Source: a virus
Strand: one strand, 5' to 3'
Virus record (IMG/VR): IMGVR_UViG_3300027762_000008
Location: 6,792-70,791 of that record
Length of the DNA: 64,000 bases
The notes under the pieces are model-generated. The model saw nothing but the letters and a program-made list of their open reading frames with translations. It ran no database searches and was not told where the DNA came from. The position numbers were made by a program, and so were the translations under genes. Positions within the stretch are counted from its first letter, which is position 1, and each line of letters starts with the position of its first letter. This document shows positions 1 to 7,680 of the stretch, piece after piece.

Positions 1-252
1 GATACCCGGATTAACGACATGCAACGGATAACCCAGCGAATTAGCCTCAATCCATTGGTGCATTGGCTCATGCTCCATATCGCCAAGATCACTGTGAACC
101 AGTACAATGTTACTGGGAATAATACCCTCAATAGCAAGACCATGAAGGTATGCAAGCATGGCTTGGCTATCTTTGCCCCCACTATGGGACACGTAAAGGC
201 AATCGGCTTGGCGGATTTGCTCTGGTAGTTTTGACCATTCACACTGTGTCAT
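1..252 (-). CDS. PAPS reductase-family (PP-loop) protein, 5' part only; runs off the window start
   Basis: Not in the ORF track. Manual translation from ATG at 252 (AAGGA upstream) gives MTQCEWSKLPEQIRQADCLYVSHSGGKDSQAMLAYL...IVLVHSDLG..., open to base 1. SGGKDS is the PP-loop of the PAPS reductase/CysH/DndC family. Confidence 0.85.
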   Translation of the reverse strand, partial: MTQCEWSKLPEQIRQADCLYVSHSGGKDSQAMLAYLHGLAIEGIIPSNIVLVHSDLGDMEHEPMHQWIEANSLGYPLHVVNPGI

Positions 253-266
253 GGTTTTTTGTTCCT

Positions 267-353
267 TTACTTAAGTGAGGCTATTGCCAAGGTTAATGCA
301 ATCAATCCTAGCACACCTACTAGAACAGTGAGAGAGAGAAGAGGAAAGAACAT
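267..353 (-). CDS. 28-aa hydrophobic single-TM peptide
   Basis: Manual translation MFFPLLSLTVLVGVLGLIALTLAIASLK*, GAGG RBS upstream, stop just before the RBS of the PAPS-reductase-like gene. Confidence 0.5.
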   Translation of the reverse strand: MFFPLLSLTVLVGVLGLIALTLAIASLK

Positions 354-494
354 TGAATACCTCGCTAAGAGAGAAGAGAACCGGGAACACATAAGTAGTA
401 CCAGAACCAAAAAACAGAGTCAATAGAGACTAGCAAAATAATTTGAGAGCCGGAGAATGCAATCAAAACAATAACATCACAAGCGGGTGTAAAT

Positions 495-1057
495 AGTTTA
501 GACAGTTAAGCGTGACAGTGTATACAACTTAGACAGAGAATGTAAAGCAATGATAACACTGTACAATCAGAGAATGTGCAAGATAGTAAACAAGTAAGAC
601 GAGTCGTGTTCATTATTTTGTACATTACCTGGGTAGCTACTGCTATTATGGGAAAAGGGCAACCAGTCTAGTCGACACTGGGGCACCGTGTCAATGTTTT
701 GCCCCATAGATATTTTGGATGGGAAAGGCTCTTGGGCATTCATTTTCTTGATAGGAGGCTAATTGGCTCGAGAGAGCCACACAGGTGCCAACTGAGTTGT
801 CATGCAAAAGTATGGTACTGCCAACTGAGTTGGCGCCAACTGAGTTGGCACCTAATCCCCAGGCACTGCCAACTGAGTTGGCACCTGTGTGGCTCCACAG
901 AGCCATGGAAACCTAGGCAACCCCTTTTAGTCTGGCTGGTCGACCAAGGGATGGATGGCGAAGCCATCCTGTATAAAGATTGGACACTGTCTAATTATTG
1001 GTCACCAAAGTTTAGACAGTATACTAATCCATTGACACTGTACAATCCTTAGACAGT
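495..1057. repeat. Dispersed short boxes (TTAGACAG x5, ACACTGTACAATC x2) in two clusters
   Basis: AGTTTAGACAGT at 495-506 and 1009-1020; CTTAGACAG at 528-536 and 1048-1056; inverted copy ACTGTCTAA at 986-994; ACACTGTACAATC at 556-568 and 1035-1047. Confidence 0.7.
764..905. repeat. 142-bp symmetric element with four GCCAACTGAGTTGGC palindromes inside 36-bp inverted arms
   Basis: Units start at 787, 820, 835 and 868 (the first ends ...TTGTC). Arms 764-799 and 870-905 are reverse complements with 5 mismatches. Axis of symmetry between 834 and 835. Confidence 0.92.
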
Positions 1058-1322
1058 CAGCCAGGCGGGGGAGGGGTGGCCGAAGTGGGGTGTCGACGGT
1101 GTGGGGGGGTGGGTCTGAACCCGGTGTGAAACCCCGAGCCAATTTTTCATTTCTGAGCTTGTTAAAAAACCCCGAGGAGCCAATTTTCCAAATTCTCCAA
1201 TTCAGGGCCATTCGGACCCTACCCACCCTACCCCCTCCCCCATATACGTAGCTCCTTGGCCCTTAAAATGGAAAAGGAGAAAAAGTCGTTGGCGCAGTTG
1301 AATATCTTCCGGGGCAAGGAGG

Positions 1323-1883
1323 CTATTTCAGCTTAAAAGCCTTCTCGAGCATGGCCTTGAGCTCTGGGCGAAGGCTCGTGAATTCCTCCCCGAGCTTCGC
1401 AGACTGGCATCTGGCCACTATGTGTTTGGAATCTATAGTGGTGCCAAATTCCCTGTTCTTTACGACACCTTCAGCTATCAAAGCCTCCAATCGAGCCAGA
1501 TATACTTCCGGCTTTTCATGGAAATAATCCTCCACTCCGGTGACTGAGGAAATCTCAGTTACGGGGTGTGGGCGACGGGACCATCTCCCATCTTCCCGTT
1601 GCTCAGATAGGTACAGGTGGTAATACGGTGGAAATTCCTTGAACGAGATTCGGCTCACAATGCATCGGAGTCGAATCCCGGTTCGAGGCAAAATGCGCCA
1701 CACAATCTGTCCCAGGAAATAAGGACAACAAGACAGAGCTATGTCATGCTCCGTTTGAGCCAGTGAAGCTTGAGTCTCCTTCAGGAGCTGAACCTGTTTC
1801 AGTCTCTTCTGAAACATACCCTCTATCGTCGTGTTCAAATACTTCGGAGTCTTTGGGTCTAATCCCTGATACGGCTGCTGCAT
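1323..1883 (-). CDS. hypothetical protein
   Basis: 186-aa ORF, GGAG upstream of the ATG; last gene of a leftward run. Confidence 0.65.
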   Translation of the reverse strand: MQQPYQGLDPKTPKYLNTTIEGMFQKRLKQVQLLKETQASLAQTEHDIALSCCPYFLGQIVWRILPRTGIRLRCIVSRISFKEFPPYYHLYLSEQREDGRWSRRPHPVTEISSVTGVEDYFHEKPEVYLARLEALIAEGVVKNREFGTTIDSKHIVARCQSAKLGEEFTSLRPELKAMLEKAFKLK

Positions 1884-2103
1884 CTATAATTGCTCCACCA
1901 GGAAAAATTCTTACACGTCTGGGATAGGCCACAGCACTTCCTTCAATCCGTTTCTTGATTACGGTGTGAGGAGTTCTCTGCAGCAATCTAATGATAGTAG
2001 CATTTGATAATGGCATTCCTAAAGCCATTATGTCTCTATACTCATACCATTGAGTTGGTTTGATATACTTCTTCAACAGCTCTGGGGTAGCTTTACGATA
2101 CAT
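1744..2103 (-). CDS. hypothetical protein, possible HTH DNA-binding
   Basis: Start moved to MYRKAT (ATG 2103), right after the stop of the 2105-2362 gene; segment YRDIMALGMPLSNATIIRLL resembles an HTH. Confidence 0.55.
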   Translation of the reverse strand: MYRKATPELLKKYIKPTQWYEYRDIMALGMPLSNATIIRLLQRTPHTVIKKRIEGSAVAYPRRVRIFPGGAIIDAAAVSGIRPKDSEVFEHDDRGYVSEETETGSAPEGDSSFTGSNGA

Positions 2104-2104
2104 A

Positions 2105-2362
2105 TTATGCCTTCTTAGTGTGGGTAGCCTCAAACTCTGTGGCATCAAGGACTCTGAATCCGAATACGCTCGGAAGCAGGTAGTCTCCGGGCTTTGCCAC
2201 TTGCTGGCAAACTTCGGAGGTCACGATAAGCCGAGCATTGGCTCCCGTGCCTTCTTTTTGAACGTAAGGACTTGAAGCCAGTTCTGCTGGAAGCGTTCCT
2301 GTTCCAGTCCATTTGATGACTTCAATGACTTCTGGGCTCTTGGTGAACTTCTCTTTTGCCAT
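2105..2362 (-). CDS. conserved phage hypothetical protein (KxPxVIExIxW...AxPGDY type)
   Basis: GGAGG RBS; motifs TKSPEVIEVIKWTG and AKPGDYLL typical of a widespread small phage protein. Confidence 0.7.
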   Translation of the reverse strand: MAKEKFTKSPEVIEVIKWTGTGTLPAELASSPYVQKEGTGANARLIVTSEVCQQVAKPGDYLLPSVFGFRVLDATEFEATHTKKA

Positions 2363-2392
2363 GGTTCTATTTCCTCCAAGTTAATTCACCCT

Positions 2393-2421
2393 ACCATATC
2401 TCCGCTTGGAGGATACGTCAA
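2393..2421 (-). promoter_or_regulatory. sigma70-like promoter
   Basis: Minus strand TTGACG-17 nt-TATGGT, about 30 nt upstream of the ATG at 2362. Confidence 0.6.
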
Positions 2422-2516
2422 GATTTTGGGGCAGTCAAATTTTCCCCGAAATACTCATTTCAATTTCTTTGGTGTTGTGATAGGCTCTTCCGATGACTCA
2501 ACCATAGGAGACAGGT

Positions 2517-2735
2517 ATGAACGCAAAAGGATGGATGGTAGAAACCAAGAAAGTAAGACGGGCAATGATTAAGTTGATCGAAAAATGGAAAGCTGAAGGA
2601 CGGGAGAAAGAGGCGGCTGAGCTGACAGAGGCTTTGATTTGTGCTGTCTGGGATGAGGAGTTCGTTCCACAAATCACAGCCCCAACCGATCCTTCTGATA
2701 GATACTACTTCATACGGAATAAGGGCAATGGCTAA
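2517..2735 (+). CDS. hypothetical protein
   Basis: 72 aa, AGGAG RBS, first gene of a short rightward operon. Confidence 0.65.
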   Translation: MNAKGWMVETKKVRRAMIKLIEKWKAEGREKEAAELTEALICAVWDEEFVPQITAPTDPSDRYYFIRNKGNG

Positions 2736-2973
2736 GAATCATCTTGTCGGAAGGAATACCTCTTCCCCAGAAGAAGTTGTGGAAGTCCTGCGAGTGCTGA
2801 AGGACCAATACGGGTTCAACCAGAAGCAATTGGCAGAAGCGGTGGGAGTCAGTCGGGTGACCATGTCTGACTACTATCGCCGCAGGAGCAATCCTTCCCC
2901 CTTAATTCTTGAACGCCTCAAAATGGTGGTGCTTGCATGCGAACAAAGCGAAAAGAAATTGAGCAAGAGTTAG
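2728..2973 (+). CDS. XRE/Cro-family HTH regulator
   Basis: FNQKQLAEAVGVSRVTMSDYYRRRSNPSPLILERL is a classic HTH_3 pattern; start set to ATG 2728. Confidence 0.85.
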   Translation: MAKNHLVGRNTSSPEEVVEVLRVLKDQYGFNQKQLAEAVGVSRVTMSDYYRRRSNPSPLILERLKMVVLACEQSEKKLSKS

Positions 2974-3392
2974 CCGACGGTTTCAAAGAAATTCAGGAGA
3001 GATACGCAGAGAAGATGGGAACCATGACCTATTTCTCTCTGTTGAACGCTTTTAAACGAGAGATACTGGCGCTGGCGATAACGATGTGCAAGGGAAACAT
3101 TCAACTGACGTCCAATGTTGTTGGAATTAAAAGATCCACCCTGACGTTGATGCTGCAGAAGTTCAAATTGTTCGAGCTCGTACAGAGGCTGAGAGAGCAT
3201 GGACAAATCAAGACAGTTGTCTACAAACGAGATCCCTCCACCGGTCCGAAGGGCTCCAAGAAACATCGCCGTTGTCGCTCCTGTAAGACGATTAGTTATA
3301 TCTTTGCGTCCGACTCCTGCCCCAAGTGTAAGTCGCCGAGGCAGTATATTCGTCGCATTTCCCAAACCGAAAGGAAAGCTCATGGCCTTTGA
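2937..3392 (+). CDS. Fis-type HTH protein with C-terminal zinc ribbon
   Basis: FKREILALAITMCKGNIQLTSNVVGIKRSTLTLMLQKFKL matches the Fis/NtrC-type HTH_8 pattern; CRSC...CPKC at the C-terminus. Confidence 0.75.
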   Translation: MRTKRKEIEQELADGFKEIQERYAEKMGTMTYFSLLNAFKREILALAITMCKGNIQLTSNVVGIKRSTLTLMLQKFKLFELVQRLREHGQIKTVVYKRDPSTGPKGSKKHRRCRSCKTISYIFASDSCPKCKSPRQYIRRISQTERKAHGL

Positions 3393-3723
3393 CAGTATTG
3401 ATGCATCTCTTACGGCATTTATTAAGCAGGTATTCGAAGATGAGATTCGAGGCACCCTGGTTGGTAACGCTACCAAAGCAGTGGACGCTGTTCAGGACTT
3501 GGATTTCGAGGTGAAGAATCTCACGGACAGGGTGAAAGAACTCCAAGCAGTGTTCTCAGAAGTACGAGAGCTCAACAAGGCATTTATTGATATTAACGAC
3601 CGGATGGCGAAGCTCTCTGAGAGAGTTGAGGTTCTCAACTCAAACAGCATCAAGCCTGAAAAGTTCAGGCGTGAGTTGGTTCAAGAGTTGGTAACTAAGA
3701 TTGCAGCGAGCATAGACGAGTAA
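3382..3723 (+). CDS. coiled-coil hypothetical protein
   Basis: Start MAFDSI (ATG 3382, AAGGA RBS); heptad-rich helical sequence. Confidence 0.65.
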   Translation: MAFDSIDASLTAFIKQVFEDEIRGTLVGNATKAVDAVQDLDFEVKNLTDRVKELQAVFSEVRELNKAFIDINDRMAKLSERVEVLNSNSIKPEKFRRELVQELVTKIAASIDE

Positions 3724-3747
3724 AGGAGCCCGGCATCACCGAGCTCC
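3721..3747 (-). terminator. putative intrinsic terminator between convergent operons
   Basis: Minus strand GGAGCTCGG-TGATG-CCGGGCTCC followed by TTTA; 9-bp stem with one G-U pair and a short U tract. Confidence 0.5.
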
Positions 3748-3758
3748 CGATAGGTAGG

Positions 3759-4403
3759 TTACTTCTTCACTGTGTCAGCGACGTCAGGAAGCTTAGATCT
3801 TGGCATATCTGCCGAGGGCTCAAGAGTGTCAGCGAAATCCGCATCCACATCCGGAGCAATCTCACCGAGAATCTCATACGCAGGAGCGATGATGCCTGTG
3901 TCGAACACGTCGGAACCAGCACCAATCCAGCGAGCCATGCAATCTTCAACAACCTTGAAGAGCTCCTGGATGTCAGCGTGGTCTTCAGCAGCCACGAATC
4001 CCTGCGTCGAAGCAGAGTCGAGACTCAACATAACCTGAACCACGTTGAAAATCTCGGAAGCAATCCTCTTCATCTTCACGTTCCGAATCTTCTGAATCTC
4101 AATCGTGTCGATGATGAGAAGCTTGAAGGCATACTCATGGCTAGGACTTGGGAGATCGTTGTGAGCCATCGAGAACTCAAGCTCTTCTCTGGCGATCTTC
4201 CACTGATTGCGAATGTTTCTCACATCACGAGGCTTGGCCTTCGAGCATGTGTTGTTACTGTCGCACTCGAGGAGGAACAGGAACAGACGTGCAACCTGCT
4301 CAAGCACCTGATGGATGCGATAGTTGCGGATGTTATATTCCACAACACGAATCTTGCGGCCAGCGATAACTCCTGGGTCAACTTTTTCGAGCTCTGAAAT
4401 CAT
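3759..4403 (-). CDS. helical protein with an internal two-fold repeat
   Basis: 214 aa; halves IRNYRIHQVLEQV...LLECDSNNT and IRNVKMKRIASEI...MLSLDSAST align; AAGGAG RBS. Confidence 0.75.
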   Translation of the reverse strand: MISELEKVDPGVIAGRKIRVVEYNIRNYRIHQVLEQVARLFLFLLECDSNNTCSKAKPRDVRNIRNQWKIAREELEFSMAHNDLPSPSHEYAFKLLIIDTIEIQKIRNVKMKRIASEIFNVVQVMLSLDSASTQGFVAAEDHADIQELFKVVEDCMARWIGAGSDVFDTGIIAPAYEILGEIAPDVDADFADTLEPSADMPRSKLPDVADTVKK

Positions 4404-4407
4404 GTGA

Positions 4408-4677
4408 TTACTCCTTCTTCATTTCGTCGATGATAGCCTGAACCAACTCAGCAATCTCAGCGATATTGATTTCGCTCCACTCGCCCGGTACCAACGAGGA
4501 GCCTTTGACAGCCTCAAGGAGAGCATCACGCAGAGAAGCATGAGTAGCGATAGCAACGATGAGATCCAACCCATCCTTAGGTTGAAGGCCATCCTTAGCC
4601 AGTAGAGCTACTTCCTTGTAGAGCTTAACGAGGGCAACAATTACTTCCTTCGACTCTTTCATCAACAAATCCTCCAT
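4408..4677 (-). CDS. hypothetical protein in the lysis region
   Basis: 89-aa amphipathic helical ORF, tightly packed with its neighbours. Confidence 0.7.
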   Translation of the reverse strand: MEDLLMKESKEVIVALVKLYKEVALLAKDGLQPKDGLDLIVAIATHASLRDALLEAVKGSSLVPGEWSEINIAEIAELVQAIIDEMKKE

Positions 4678-4682
4678 GACAG

Positions 4683-5360
4683 TTAATTAGACAACAGAGA
4701 CAAAAGCCAATCAAACAGTGGACGTAACCATTTGTCGTATTCATTAGGACCAATGAACTTGTCCAGTGTCTTATCCAGAAATCCTACCAGAAAACCAATC
4801 GAAAAGCTAAGGAACGGAATGAGCAGCTTTGGAATCTTTGGAAGTTTCATTTTGGGTTTTGCCGGTTCAGTCGGCGGAGCCTCAGGCTCAATACTAGGTT
4901 TTGATGGCTGTTTTGGAGTCTCCGGTTCTCCTGTGGGAAGGTCCGGAACCACCCCAGAACGCCGCTCAATCAGGAACGATTCCCTGAGTCGCCACAGGGA
5001 CAGAGTCTTATCGAATTTGACCAGGTCTTCCTGGGAAAATCCTTTAAGTTCGGCCATATCCGTAATGGAATTCCACACGGTAGCCGCTTCCTGAATCTGA
5101 GCCTGAATATCCGGGTTGGTACATCCCGTGCGGAATACGTCAGGAGAGACTTCCGAGAACCACTTGGTGGTAACGACCGCCAGAATGAAAAGTTTTATCC
5201 AGTCCACCCCGAGAGACAGACACGCCCTTTGGCAGTCGTCCGCCAGATTGGGGTGGTTCCGGTTGTATTGCGCCAACCAGAGGTTGAGATCAGAGGGAAG
5301 GATCACCTTGTGGGAGCTTTCATGGGTCAGTCGAACCATACAGAACCTCCGGTTAATCAC
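4683..5360 (-). CDS. protein with Pro-rich linker and C-terminal membrane anchor
   Basis: Globular N-terminus, PETPKQPSKPSIEPEAPPTEPAKP linker, hydrophobic LLIPFLSFSIGFLVGFL segment. Confidence 0.65.
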   Translation of the reverse strand: MINRRFCMVRLTHESSHKVILPSDLNLWLAQYNRNHPNLADDCQRACLSLGVDWIKLFILAVVTTKWFSEVSPDVFRTGCTNPDIQAQIQEAATVWNSITDMAELKGFSQEDLVKFDKTLSLWRLRESFLIERRSGVVPDLPTGEPETPKQPSKPSIEPEAPPTEPAKPKMKLPKIPKLLIPFLSFSIGFLVGFLDKTLDKFIGPNEYDKWLRPLFDWLLSLLSN

Positions 5361-6513
5361 TCCAAATAGGAGTATCGAACTTGATGGTGGCCGTAACTCT
5401 TCCTGCTGATGGGGCGATGTTAAGTCGCAGATACCTACATTTCCCGCTATAACTCCATATAAACTGGGACACGGCGGCGATGTTTTGGCTCGAGCCTCCG
5501 TAGGTGGACGTCACTGGCATCCAGGCAGTTCCATCCAAGGACTCCTCGATATTTGCTGTTCCTGCTGCAGCGGTGGCAGCGAGAGTATGTGTTCCTTCTC
5601 CTGCGGCCGAGGTGATGTCATCCTGAGTTCCCGTGGAGGCATCGGCAAGGGAGAGAGCCAACTTGATTGTGTTGGGATCGACCACGATAATCCAGTGGTT
5701 TCCTGCGACCAGTCCTCCTGGGAGAGTTCCTGCCGTGGACAGAGTGACCTGCAGCCCCGTGAAATACGAGTGCGTGGATATGGAAAGCGTATCTGCGGTC
5801 GAGTTGGTTCTGAAGTCGGTGAAGTTCTGCACCGCCACGGTGGGAGGGGTCAGCGTATGGGTTCCAGATCCGTCGGCAGTGAGATCTCTCGCAGTGCCAG
5901 CTACCGCATTGGCGAGCGAGGAAGCCAGTTTAATGGTATCCGGGTCGACAACAATCACCCAAGAGTCTCCTGCAGGAAGTCCTCCAGGAAGAGTTCCGTC
6001 CGTGGATACCGACACCAGCTGTCCGTCCCGATACCCATGAAGATTGATGTTGATTTCCTCATTGGCGGCATTGATGTTTGCGTCGGTAAACGTCTTCGCC
6101 GTGGCAGTAACAGGAGTTAGCGTGTGAATATCGTCCAGAAGATTGATAGCCGTACCTGCGAGAGCATTGGCAAGAGAGGAAGCCAATTGGAATGTGTTGT
6201 CCGTAAGGTAAATGAGCCAGTAGTCAGTCAAGGCAGCGAGGGGTTTGGGCAGAGTTCCCGTGGTGGTCACTCTCACCTTGTCTCCAGTAAGTCCTCCGTG
6301 AGCCACAATGGAGATCACGTTGGATCCAGAGTTAATGTCTGCCGAGGTAATAGCGATATTAGCGGCTACGCCAGTTGTCCAAGTACCTCCAATGGCGCAC
6401 CCGTTGAGAGCCTCATACCCGGAGCCATTAACACTTTTGAGATCGATGGTGTCGGCCAATCCACTTGCCGAGACTTCAGCATTGTGAATCGTGACGGGTC
6501 CAATCATGGCCAT
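5353..6513 (-). CDS. virion-associated protein with three tandem beta-repeat domains
   Basis: Three copies of IxxH(G/S)xxxGxxVxxxTxGTLP...W(L/V/I)I...xxLAxSLAxAxxGT; AAGGAG RBS. Confidence 0.75.
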   Translation of the reverse strand: MAMIGPVTIHNAEVSASGLADTIDLKSVNGSGYEALNGCAIGGTWTTGVAANIAITSADINSGSNVISIVAHGGLTGDKVRVTTTGTLPKPLAALTDYWLIYLTDNTFQLASSLANALAGTAINLLDDIHTLTPVTATAKTFTDANINAANEEININLHGYRDGQLVSVSTDGTLPGGLPAGDSWVIVVDPDTIKLASSLANAVAGTARDLTADGSGTHTLTPPTVAVQNFTDFRTNSTADTLSISTHSYFTGLQVTLSTAGTLPGGLVAGNHWIIVVDPNTIKLALSLADASTGTQDDITSAAGEGTHTLAATAAAGTANIEESLDGTAWMPVTSTYGGSSQNIAAVSQFIWSYSGKCRYLRLNIAPSAGRVTATIKFDTPIWSD

Positions 6514-6558
6514 GGGAAACTCCTTTGTTCGGGTTCTGGGGCGAGTATAACATAAAAG

Positions 6559-7335
6559 CTATCCCAAAACATCCGCTATAAGTTTGGCACCGGCTTGCAT
6601 AGCCTTTTCAATTCTTGCTTTTATAGGTCCGTCCGAAGTCTCATCGTCCATGAACTCGAGCTCCGAAAGGATGCAGATGGGACATCCGGAATTCTCGGCT
6701 CCGTTGAGAACGCCAAGCCCTGCGGCCATGACTCCCTTGGGGTACCCAGGGCTACCGGAGAAGACGGGGTTCCCGATGGCTTCGGCCATCTTGATTGCCC
6801 ACTTGGAGGCAAATTCTGCCGAGGCAATTTTGGAGTACTTCTTGTGTACCATGGCACAGGTGTAGTGCTCTCTCCCGTCGCAAGCGTTGAGATGCAGGGA
6901 GATGAACATGTCATATCCCCGAGCCCGGCTTCCAATCTCATAAAGGTCGTCTTCCTGGGGATCGTAAATATCGCAGGTGTGGCCGAGAACCTCCAGATAC
7001 ATCTTCAGGCACTGGGCTTGGTACATGTTGAGGACTTCTTCCCGGACGAGGGAGGACTTCCCAGTGGCTCCAGGGAGCCGTTTTGAGTGTCCTGGATCGA
7101 GCAGGATTCGTTTCTTCCCGATGGTCGCTGCCGGAGCCACAATCTTGGGAATCGGCTTGGCCACGGGAGCGACCTTCCAGGTCTTAGCCGTGGTCTTCAC
7201 TTCCTGCAGTTTGGCGATGAGTTCGTCTACGCTTGGAGACACCAGAACCCACAGGGGCTCCGCTGCGTTGTATCCGATTACGACGCCTTCGCCTCGTTCG
7301 GATTGATTGAATTCTAGCCACGAGGTAGGCTTCAT
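6559..7335 (-). CDS. N-acetylmuramoyl-L-alanine amidase (Amidase_3), endolysin
   Basis: Zn-binding and catalytic motifs ILLDPGH, EEVLN, FISLHLNA, ILSELEFMD. Confidence 0.9.
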   Translation of the reverse strand: MKPTSWLEFNQSERGEGVVIGYNAAEPLWVLVSPSVDELIAKLQEVKTTAKTWKVAPVAKPIPKIVAPAATIGKKRILLDPGHSKRLPGATGKSSLVREEVLNMYQAQCLKMYLEVLGHTCDIYDPQEDDLYEIGSRARGYDMFISLHLNACDGREHYTCAMVHKKYSKIASAEFASKWAIKMAEAIGNPVFSGSPGYPKGVMAAGLGVLNGAENSGCPICILSELEFMDDETSDGPIKARIEKAMQAGAKLIADVLG

Positions 7336-7441
7336 AATTAGCTCCTTCTTCGCATGTACATGGACAGAATACCTTTGGGTGAACCATAGGACTTACCTGT
7401 ATGACTCCATCACCAAGACAGAGCATACAGGAAACTATCAT
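7184..7441 (-). CDS. small Cys-rich (CxxC...CxC) protein
   Basis: ATGA-coupled to the upstream gene; CMLC and CPCTC motifs. Its 3' part overlaps the amidase gene, so it is uncertain. Confidence 0.4.
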   Translation of the reverse strand: MIVSCMLCLGDGVIQVSPMVHPKVFCPCTCEEGANYEAYLVARIQSIRTRRRRRNRIQRSGAPVGSGVSKRRRTHRQTAGSEDHG

Positions 7442-7665
7442 AGCTTAACCTTCAGGTGACTTTCAACTCTTTCGGAGAGCACTGCGTGTTCGATTTGGAG
7501 CTTTTCAAGTTTGGTTTGAAATTCTGTCCGCATCAATCGGACTTCAGATCTAAGATCCCGCAGCTCTTGTGCTGCGGTATTCAGGAGGAAGGTTACGATT
7601 GCGAGTAAGACTGGTACGCCAATCTTCGAAACCCATTCCATAGTCACTGCTGCCCTCTGAACCAT
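7438..7665 (-). CDS. single-TM plus coiled-coil protein, holin/lysis accessory candidate
   Basis: IGVPVLLAIVTFLL TM segment followed by heptads; sits between two peptidoglycan hydrolase genes. Confidence 0.6.
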   Translation of the reverse strand: MVQRAAVTMEWVSKIGVPVLLAIVTFLLNTAAQELRDLRSEVRLMRTEFQTKLEKLQIEHAVLSERVESHLKVKL

Positions 7666-7680
7666 AATACGATCTCCGTA

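Noticed and set aside
787-882. Mini CRISPR array from the palindromic repeats with 18-nt spacers
   Set aside because: Repeats of 15 bp and spacers of 18, 0 and 18 nt are too short and irregular. The element is mirror-symmetric rather than polar, and no cas1/cas2 is present.
19-1226. ORF-track calls 19-228, 691-906, 699-1052 and 1002-1226
   Set aside because: The first is antisense to the PAPS-reductase-like gene. The others are translations of the repeat and G-rich elements (ANSVG and CQLSW repeats) without a convincing RBS.
2728-3392. Lysogeny switch or prophage
   Set aside because: An XRE gene is present, but no integrase, att site, peptidase-bearing CI repressor or host genes were seen; lifestyle cannot be determined from this window.
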